A stretch of DNA of 62,744 nt, counting the filler, from a bacterium (lineage in GTDB: Bacteria; JBDRGX01), in assembly GCA_043817485.1 (NCBI GenBank). It is 7 parts of 7 records of this genome, joined end to end, with 100 filler letters (N's around TTAATTAATTAA, not from the genome) between each part and the next. Parts side by side here need not be neighbours in the genome. Positions count along the whole stretch, not along the records: positions 33,510 to 57,811 come from JBDRGX010000113.1; positions 57,912 to 62,744 come from JBDRGX010000114.1; 5 more parts are not named here. The stretch is one strand, 5' to 3'. Made by a program: the position numbers and the translations under genes. Under the pieces are notes generated by a model. That model was given only the letters and a program-made list of their open reading frames with translations, was not told the origin of the DNA and ran no database searches. Positions 53,735 through 62,744 of the stretch are shown one piece after another. Position 1 is the first letter of the stretch. Each line of letters starts with the position of its first letter.

Positions 53735-55945
53735 TTTTTTTATTGGGGGTTTTTGTTTATAGTGAAAATGTGAAAATTGGTGGAACATTAAATTTTTTTT
53801 TAGATGATACAGATATAGGATGGAGATCAGATTATTCAAAATATTTATCTTTTTATGAAGTTAATAATTATAATGTAGATTTGAATGGTTATTTATTAAA
53901 AGATGACGATAAAATTCATAATACTTCTTTTATGGCAACAGAACTTAATTTGTTTTTAAAAACAAAACTTTCTGATGAAACAAATCTTCAAATAAATTTT
54001 TTAGCACCTTATGGAGAAACTTTTACTCCAGAAAATTTATTTATAAAATCAATTGAACTTGAAAAAATAAAACAACCTAAATTGCTTTTTCAAATTGGAG
54101 CAATTACTCCAGATTTTTCTCCTTATTCATTATCTCATAAAACTTCTATTTTTAATGAAACAAATTTTAATAAAATAGATCCTTTGAAAAAACCTTATAA
54201 TTTACAAAATTTAAATCCTTATGATTATTACGGACTTTTATTAGATATGAAATTAGATTATTTTCAAATTCTTTTACTTGGATTAAGACCAGAAAATGAA
54301 AAAAAAAACTTCTTCAGTTTATTTTCATCAAATTACAATTGAAACTCAAAATGAAGATGTAATTATCCCTTTACCAAAAGAAATTGGTTTTGATAATAAA
54401 TATCTTTATGATCCTTATTTAATTGCTTTAAAAAATTCTATGCAAAATTCTGCTCAAATATTTTTTATTAAAATTTATAGAAAAAAAAATAATGTTCGAG
54501 AAAATATTACATATTTTCCAGAAGTAAAAATTGAACAAGATAGAATAATTATTGATAAAAAATTAGTAAATACAGGAGATGAAATTTATATTGAATGGTC
54601 AGATAAAAATCCAAAATCTCAACTTACAAAATATCTTAATGCTGGACAAATAAAAGGAAATAATAATTTCTTAGAAAACTTTACATTTTCTTATGTTAAT
54701 TTACATAATGATAAAAATTCTTTATCAGGAATTGAAAAAGAAAAAGCTTTGTCTCCAATGTTAATAGAAATTTTTAGCATACAAGGAAAATATGAAAATC
54801 CTTTTAAAATTACATCAGAAATAGCAATGAGTAAATATTCTCCAGATTGTAAAGAAATAACAAAAGATATTATTGGTTATTTAATTGGAGAGAAAAAAAT
54901 AGGTAATATTTTTTATAAATTTAATTTTCGTTATTTAGGACCAGATTATGTATTAAATATTGCTCCTATAAAAGATGTAAGATATTTAATACAAGATTCT
55001 CAAAAAAATAATTATTGGGATTTTGAAAAAGAATATTTTTTTATTGGTGAAAAAGGAACGGGTATAAATATTTCACCTTATTTTAAAAGTATAAAATTAT
55101 CAATGGGATTAGATTATAATCAAAATATTTCAAGTCCATATTTAGAAAAAAAATATTTTCAAGAAATAAACTTTTTCAAATCTATTTGTAATAATCCATT
55201 AAAAAAAGATAATTATTTTTATTCACCAACTCCTTCTGTAGATGATATAAAAACCTTAACTGGATTTTTAAAAAGTAATTATCAAATTTTAACTAATTTT
55301 AAAATACAAGGAGAGTATATTTCAAAGATTCTTTCTGGAGAAAAATTTTCAGTATCTCAAAATATTTCAAGTTATTTTTTAGAATGTAATTATTTTTTAC
55401 CTAAAAAAGAAATTATTCAAGGAGAAATTAAAATAAGTGGTAAATATACAAAACAAGATGATAAACAAGAAAAAAATCAAGATACTTCTTTTTTTAATTT
55501 GAATAACAAAATTTCTTTAGAAGAAAAATTTGGAAAAATTACTTTTGGAGAATTTTTAGAACATCAATTTATTAAAAATTTTTGTTTTGATTTAAGAGAA
55601 AGAAGTTTTAAAAATTTAATTAATCAAACAAATACAAATGAAGACATTATTTTAGAAGGTGGTAATTATAATATTTTAATACCAGAATTTAAAATTAATT
55701 TTTCTATATCTCCAGAATTTAATGTAGAATATTTACATAATATGAATTATTTTTTTGATCAAGAAAATCTTATAACACATAATATTAGATATTCGCAAAT
55801 TAAGGGAACATATTCTTTTGGTTTAAAAAATACTTTTCTTTGTGCTTATTATGTTGAGAGAATAACAAGATTTAAACAAGAAAAAATGAAATTACATAAT
55901 TTTAGATCAAAAGCAATTGTAGCAAGTTTAGAAATAACATTTTAA
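53674..55945 (+). CDS. Large exported hypothetical (possible beta-barrel), frameshifted at A10 (54299-54308)
   Basis: Overlapping ORFs 53674..54342 and 54296..55945 join if one A is removed; signal-like N-terminus, terminal ASLEITF. Confidence 0.6.
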
Positions 55946-55956
55946 TAATAATATTT

Positions 55957-56073
55957 TTTAACACGAATGTTTTGAACCAATGATTTTGAACTAATATTTT
56001 GAACCAATGATTTTAACACGAATGTTTTGAACCAATGATTCTTGAACCAATGATTTTAATCATTGGCTCAAAA
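55957..56073 (+). repeat. TTGAACC-type short array (7 tandem ~14-bp units + 1 inverted)
   Basis: TTTGAACCAATGAT and variants (TTTAACACGAATGT x2), ending in the inverted ATCATTGGCTCAAA. Confidence 0.9.
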
Positions 56074-56079
56074 TATTAA

Positions 56080-57369
<1,290 letters not shown>

Positions 57370-57411
57370 AAAAACTTTATTTTACCAATTTTTGTTGATT
57401 CAAAGAAAAAA

Positions 57412-57492
57412 GAGACTGTGTCATATCATGTAAATTTGTTTTTATATACATAATTGCAAAAAGCAGTTTTTTTTCAATTAAGACACGGTTTC
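57412..57492 (+). mobile_element. Short MITE-like element (81 bp)
   Basis: GAGACTGTGTC...GACACGGTTTC imperfect TIRs; second copy at 21792. Confidence 0.7.
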
Positions 57493-57570
57493 ATTGGTTG
57501 AGACAGAGAGAATAATGAAAAAAGTAGATGAAATTGCTATTATAGAAATTATTTTTAGGGGCAATTCATC

Positions 57571-57687
57571 AGACTGTGTCATAATTCAATTTCACGGCAA
57601 TTGTTTTACAACATAAAGTGGTAGGTTTCCACAAAACCACAATATGTTATGGTATGGATGTCTAGATTTAGAGTTATGACACAGTCT
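57571..57687 (+). mobile_element. 117-bp MITE with perfect 14-bp TIRs and tandem NrdR-box-like sites
   Basis: AGACTGTGTCATAA...TTATGACACAGTCT; preceded by half REP TAGGGGCAATTCAT; boxes at 57606 and 57637. Confidence 0.8.
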
Positions 57688-57811
57688 CATATATGATCAT
57701 TTTAAAAATATATCTACGAATAGAGTTATGTCTTTATATATAATATGATGAGGTGCTGGTAAATTGCAAATATGAGAATGGAGATTTATTAAATTCCCCT
57801 TTATTAAAGGG

Positions 57812-57911
57812 NNNNNNNNNNNNNNNNNNNNNNNNNNNNNNNNNNNNNNNNNNNNTTAATTAATTAANNNNNNNNNNNNNNNNNNNNNNNNNNNNNNNNN
57901 NNNNNNNNNNN
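57812..57911. other. Assembly spacer
   Basis: N44-TTAATTAATTAA-N44. Confidence 0.97.
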
Positions 57912-58372
57912 GTAGTGATAGTGTTTCGATAATAAATACAGCAAATAATAATTCAGTTACAAATATAACTGTTGGAAATGAACCAGTAGCATTGTGTGTA
58001 TTAGAAAACAAGGTATATGTGGCTAATAGTTTAGGTGGAAGCATAAGTATTCTTGGAGATGATGGAAATAATATTAATGGACTTTTGATAAATTCAATGA
58101 ACAATAAAATTTTATCATATCCAAATCCATTTAATCCCGAATGTTATATACCAATAGAAATAACAAACAACAAATCACAAAATATCAAAATAAAAATATA
58201 TAACATACTGGGACAGGTAGTAAGAGAAGTAATGACAAATAATGCAAATAATTCAGTGTATTGGGATGGAAGAGATAATTTAGGAAAAGAAGTTTCATCA
58301 GGAATGTATTTTTATGAAACAATTATTGATAACAAAACATTAAATTGTAAAAAAATGTTGATGTTGAAGTAA
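57912..58372 (+). CDS. C-terminal fragment: YVTN-type beta-propeller repeat + FlgD-Ig/T9SS-like sorting domain
   Basis: SDSVSIINT...ITVGNEPVAL..KVYVANS; YPNPFNP, IKIYNILGQVVR, WDGRD..G..VSSGMYFY. Confidence 0.85.
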
Positions 58373-58384
58373 AATACAAAAAAA

Positions 58385-58700
58385 TTTTCAATTTTCAATT
58401 TTCAATTTGAAAATGAATATAAATGACCAAAAAATGGGAATTTGATTTTTAATTTGTAGGGGCAATTCATGAATTGCCCTTTACAATAACACGGGCACAG
58501 CATTCGTCCTTACCAAATGGGACATCAGAATAAATGTAAAATGGGAAATGAAAAATTATAATTTTTGACAAATTATTTTCAATTTTCAATTTGAAAATGA
58601 ATATAAATGACCAAAAAATGGAAATTGGATTTTAAAAATTTGTAGGGGCAATTCATGAATTGCCCCTACAAACGGCGACACGGCGTTCGCCTCTACAAAA
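58385..58700 (+). repeat. Composite GTAG-family REP cluster
   Basis: ~90-bp direct repeat (58391-58479, 58576-58665) each ending in GTAGGGGCAATTCATGAATTGCCC; perfect 34-bp palindrome at 58639-58672. Confidence 0.88.
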
Positions 58701-58836
58701 GAAGAATATTGAAATTTTAGATTGAAGGAATATCATATTTTTAATTTAAAATCATAAACATTTCAATTCGTTCCATAGGAACGAAATATTGGTAAAAATA
58801 AAATTTTTAAAAACAATAAATAAAAAGGATATATAA

Positions 58837-59778
58837 ATGAATCAAGAATTAAAAATTTTTGCTGGAAATTCAAATATAGAATTGTCTAAAAAAATAGCAA
58901 ACTATCTTGGAATGTCATTAGGTGAAATAGAAATAAAAAATTTTCCAGATGGAGAAATATTTGTTCAAATAAATGAAAATATTCGAGGAAAAGATGTTTT
59001 TATTATTCAATCAGGTTGTGCTCCAGTTAATCAAAATTTAATGGAACTTTTAATTATTTTAGATACTTGCAAAAGATCTTCTGTTTCAAGAATTACAGCA
59101 GTGATGCCATATTATTGTTATGCTCGTCAAGATGTAAAAGATGCTTCAAGAGTACCAATTACAGCCAAATTAGTAGCGGATCTTATTTTGAAAGCTGGTG
59201 CTAATCGTTTATTAACTATTGATTTACATTCTCCTCAAATTCAAGGTTTTTTTGATATTCCAGTAGATCATTTATATGGTGCACCAATATTTGTAAAATA
59301 TTTTAATCAAATAAAAAATAAAGAAAATTATATTGTTGTATCTCCAGATGTAGGTCGGGTTAAAAGATCAAGATCTTTTGCAAGAAGATTAGATTTACCA
59401 TTAGCTATTATAGATAAAAGAAGACCTTGTCAAAGTGTAGTAAAAGTAATGGAAATAATTGGTGATGTTAAAGATAAAAATATAATTATTTTTGATGATA
59501 TTATTGATACTGGAGGTACTATATTAGAAGCAGTGAAAGCATTAAAAGAAAAAGGAGCAAAAAAGATTTTTGTAGGAGCAACACATGCTATTTTTTCACT
59601 TGATGCTGTTCAAAATATAGAAAATTCTGCAATTGAAAAGGTTATTATTTCTGATACTATTCCTTTATCTGAAAATAAAAAAAGTGAAAAAATAGAAATT
59701 CTTTCTATATCTGAATTATTTGGAGAAGCAATTAAAAGAATTCATACTGAAACTTCAGTAAGTGATTTGTTTAAATAA
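58837..59778 (+). CDS. prs: Ribose-phosphate pyrophosphokinase
   Basis: FPDGEI, PYYCYARQD, DLHSPQIQGFF, VSPD.G, DDIIDTGGT. Confidence 0.97.
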   Translation: MNQELKIFAGNSNIELSKKIANYLGMSLGEIEIKNFPDGEIFVQINENIRGKDVFIIQSGCAPVNQNLMELLIILDTCKRSSVSRITAVMPYYCYARQDVKDASRVPITAKLVADLILKAGANRLLTIDLHSPQIQGFFDIPVDHLYGAPIFVKYFNQIKNKENYIVVSPDVGRVKRSRSFARRLDLPLAIIDKRRPCQSVVKVMEIIGDVKDKNIIIFDDIIDTGGTILEAVKALKEKGAKKIFVGATHAIFSLDAVQNIENSAIEKVIISDTIPLSENKKSEKIEILSISELFGEAIKRIHTETSVSDLFK

Positions 59779-59779
59779 A

Positions 59780-59870
59780 AAATGAGAATTGGATTTTGAA
59801 AATTCGTAGGGACATCATGAATTGCCCTTTACAACAATACAGTCGCAGCATTTGCCTTTACCAATGGAAC
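59780..59870 (+). repeat. Degenerate copy of GTAG REP + flank
   Basis: GTAGGGACATCATGAATTGCCCTTTACAACAATACAGTCGCAGCATTTGCCTTTACCAATGG vs 58456-58522. Confidence 0.7.
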
Positions 59871-59996
59871 GATAAATAAAGATGGAAGTATTAATTGAAA
59901 ATTTAATTTTCTTTTATTGTTTCATATTTTGATATTCGTTTTAAATTGAAAATTTATTTCGTATTTCGAATTTTTTTATATTTATTCCAGTAGGTT

Positions 59997-62582
59997 TTAG
60001 TTTTTATTTGGAGTAGTAATAACAAGATGATATTTGCCAAAATATTTATTTGCAACTTTTTTTACTTGTTCACTTGTTATTTCATTTATTTTTTTTTCAT
60101 AATCATTACGGTAATTATAACCCAATCCAGATAATTCATAAATAGCAGATAATTTTGCTTGAGATGATATTTGCTGAGAATAATATAAATTTTCCATTAC
60201 AATACAATTTCGTTTTGCTCTTTCTAATTCTTTTTCTTCAACCAAAGTATTTTTAAGAAGTTCTTGTTTTTCTTTAATAATATTTATGACCTTATCTATA
60301 TTTTCTGGATTTGTGGCTGCCATAATACCATAAAAACCATCAGTCATAAAAAATTGATTCCAAGCATGAACTATATAAACAAGTTTAGCATTTCTTAAAC
60401 TTTGGTGTAACCATCCCGATGGATAATATACTCCAGAAGTTATTGCATCAATTACTCTTAATGTATAAGCATCAGTATCATCATTTATTTTTATAGTTGG
60501 ATAACCTAACATTATAATAGCTTGTTGTTTTTGAGTAGTTAATTTTTTTTCTATGTTTTCTGAAAGAATTTGTTTTTTTTCAATTATTGGAAAATTTATT
60601 TTTCCTTGTTTTATTTTTGTAAATTTATTTTCTATTTTTTTCATAATTTCTTCTATTTCAATATTTCCAAAAACTGTTATTACTAAATTATTAGATACAC
60701 AATATTTATTGTATATTTCTAAAATATCATTTTGATTTATTTTGTTAATACTTTGTTTTGTTCCTAAAATAGAAAATTTATATGGATTTGTAGAATAAAA
60801 ATTTTCCCTAAAAAATAATTCTGCTTGTTGAAAAGCATCATCTTCTTGTTGTTTAATTTGAGATAGAATTATTTTTTTTTCTTTTTCTATTTCTTGTTTA
60901 GGAAAAATAGAATTTAAAAATATATCAGAAAAAATATCTAAACTTTTTTCTAAATCTTCTTTTAATGTGCTAACTGTACAATAAAAATAATCTTCTTCTG
61001 CTCCAGAAGAAAAATTTATTCCCAAATTATTTATTTCTTGAGCAATTTTCAAAGCAGTTCTTTTTTTAGTTCCTTTCATAAACATTTGAGTCATAAAATT
61101 AAAAATTCCATTGTTTTTTTCATTTTCATAAAGAGTTCCACCTTTTAAATAAGCACCAAAATAAATAAAAGGTAAATTAGAATTTTTTTTATAAAGAAGT
61201 GTAATTCCATTTTTTAAAATTTGTTTTTGTATTTTTTCTTGTTGTATTTCTTTTTTTTCAATTATTTTTTTAGACAAATTTTTTTCTTTAGGAATGATAA
61301 CTGCAATGTTTAATTTATCATTACAAAAATATTTATTTACAACTCTTTTAATATCTTCTTTTTTTACTTCACTTATTTTTTCAAGATATTTTTTGTGAAA
61401 TAAAGGATCTTCAGTAGTGAAAGCATTTAATCCTATCATGTCTGCTTCTTGTTCTACAGTTTGATGACTAAAAACATATTCACTTATCATTTGTTTTTTT
61501 GCTTTAGATAATTCTTTGTTTTGAAGTGTTTTAGTTTTTAATTTATAAATTTCTTCTAAAATTGCTTTTTGTGTAGATTCTAAATTTTCATATTCTAATA
61601 TTGCTGATATTTTAAAATTTCCCGCATCATATTTAGGAGTATAAGAAAAAGTATCAATATCAGAAACTAAACCTTTTTCATTTTTTATTACTTTATTAAG
61701 TATTGCACTTTCTCCTTTGGATAAAATAAAAGATAAAACATCTAAAGGATAAAGATCTTCATGCGTAATATTTACTGTTCTAAATCCCATTGAAAGATAA
61801 GTTGATTGTATATCCATTTCTTGCATAGTATATCTTTTATTTATTTGTTCTGATTCTTGAGGTAAAACAATTGGCTTGTTAAATTTAGGTTCAAAATTAT
61901 CAAATGCTTTTTTTATTTGTTCTAAAATTTTATTAGCATCAAAATCTCCTACAGATACTATTATCATATTTTGTGGGATATATTTTTCTTTATAAAAATT
62001 AAAAAGGTCTTCTTTTTTTATTTGTTCAAAAAGTTTTTTAGTTCCAATTACTGGGAAATAACATGGATGTTTTTTGAACATTAAACTATTGTATAAGTGA
62101 TAAATTTTACTATTTGGATCATCTTCTTCTTTAGCAATTTCATTTAATATAACACCTTTTTCTCTTATTACTTCTTCTTCTGTAAAAGTGCAATTTTGCA
62201 TCCAATCAGAGATAAAATCAATTGCTTCATTAACATAAAGTTTTGAAGTAGAAATATAATAACAAGTATGATCATTGCTTGTATAAGCATTAAAACATCC
62301 TCCAAGAGATTGAATTATTTTTTCTTGTTCTTGTGATGTTTTTTTTGTGGTAGATCCAGTTGCTACAAGATGTTCACAATAATGAGAAATTCCACTTCCT
62401 AAAAATTGTTCTTCATAAATACTACCTGTATTGCAAACATAAATTTTAATAGTTGCTACTGGTGCCAAATTATTTTCTTTTATGATAACTCTTATTCCAT
62501 TATCTAAAATTTTATCAATGATTTCTTCAGACATAAGTGCATTTATATTTAATAAAAATAAAATTATTACTAATTTTTTCAT
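59997..62582 (-). CDS. Exported M16 zinc protease, two fused halves
   Basis: Signal peptide, GISHYCEH (HxxEH), NAYTS.DHTCY; second half lacks the motif. Confidence 0.93.
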   Translation of the reverse strand: MKKLVIILFLLNINALMSEEIIDKILDNGIRVIIKENNLAPVATIKIYVCNTGSIYEEQFLGSGISHYCEHLVATGSTTKKTSQEQEKIIQSLGGCFNAYTSNDHTCYYISTSKLYVNEAIDFISDWMQNCTFTEEEVIREKGVILNEIAKEEDDPNSKIYHLYNSLMFKKHPCYFPVIGTKKLFEQIKKEDLFNFYKEKYIPQNMIIVSVGDFDANKILEQIKKAFDNFEPKFNKPIVLPQESEQINKRYTMQEMDIQSTYLSMGFRTVNITHEDLYPLDVLSFILSKGESAILNKVIKNEKGLVSDIDTFSYTPKYDAGNFKISAILEYENLESTQKAILEEIYKLKTKTLQNKELSKAKKQMISEYVFSHQTVEQEADMIGLNAFTTEDPLFHKKYLEKISEVKKEDIKRVVNKYFCNDKLNIAVIIPKEKNLSKKIIEKKEIQQEKIQKQILKNGITLLYKKNSNLPFIYFGAYLKGGTLYENEKNNGIFNFMTQMFMKGTKKRTALKIAQEINNLGINFSSGAEEDYFYCTVSTLKEDLEKSLDIFSDIFLNSIFPKQEIEKEKKIILSQIKQQEDDAFQQAELFFRENFYSTNPYKFSILGTKQSINKINQNDILEIYNKYCVSNNLVITVFGNIEIEEIMKKIENKFTKIKQGKINFPIIEKKQILSENIEKKLTTQKQQAIIMLGYPTIKINDDTDAYTLRVIDAITSGVYYPSGWLHQSLRNAKLVYIVHAWNQFFMTDGFYGIMAATNPENIDKVINIIKEKQELLKNTLVEEKELERAKRNCIVMENLYYSQQISSQAKLSAIYELSGLGYNYRNDYEKKINEITSEQVKKVANKYFGKYHLVITTPNKN

Positions 62583-62605
62583 TTTATTTTTCCTTTTAAT
62601 AAAAT

Positions 62606-62652
62606 CGTATTGTCAAAAGTATTTTGACAATACGCTTTAAAATGCTTATTAT
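62606..62652 (+). promoter_or_regulatory. 13-bp perfect inverted repeat overlapping a sigma70-type promoter
   Basis: CGTATTGTCAAAA-GTA-TTTTGACAATACG; TTGACA(62624)-N17-TATTAT(62647). Confidence 0.5.
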
Positions 62653-62744
62653 TAGCAATTATTAAGATTTTATTTGCTTCTCCCCCCTTTTTTATACTAT
62701 AAATAAAAAAAAATAAAAAAAAAGGAGATGCAAATCAATGAATA

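Noticed and set aside
55957-56073. Possible CRISPR array
   Set aside because: Units are only ~14 bp and there are no unique spacers.
57856-58104. Minus-strand ORF containing X residues
   Set aside because: Antisense to the YVTN/FlgD fragment and runs into the artificial spacer.

Overview
Very AT-rich bacterial DNA (GC roughly low-20s %, estimated by eye; standard code 11). It consists of seven contigs joined by six artificial 100-nt spacers (N44-TTAATTAATTAA-N44), so adjacency across spacers is not guaranteed. Content is mostly housekeeping genes in scrambled order (hpf, mobA, galT, queF, dnaE, prmC, infB, nusA, purM, tgt, mltG, fabG, hisS, purF, ribH, nusB, trpS, rluD, rsmH, glnA, eno, prs, tRNA-Leu(GAG)). 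Accessory genes include a Fic protein, a GltB1-GltB3 fusion, two M16 peptidases, a sigma54 activator, a TPR/DUF3857 transglutaminase, a radical SAM/SPASM + S26-like pair, and two near-identical FlgD-Ig/sorting-domain tails. Five genes are split at A/T homopolymers, probably sequencing errors. The intergenic DNA is crowded with nested small repeats, including GTAG-type REPs and other hairpin families. Most striking is a MITE family with (G)AGACTGTGTC(A/G)TAA termini. Its two long members start at the centre of a REP palindrome and each carries two NrdR-box-like sites exactly 31 bp apart at the same offset from the end, despite otherwise diverged sequence. This may be a mobile element tied to dNTP sensing. 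Other oddities are a 2x Cdc48-N-like + cNMP-binding protein, an acetyltransferase CDS reading into a tRNA, and a 3x40-bp palindromic array after the Fic gene. No CRISPR array, transposase or integrase gene is visible. All family calls come from motif recognition, not database searches.
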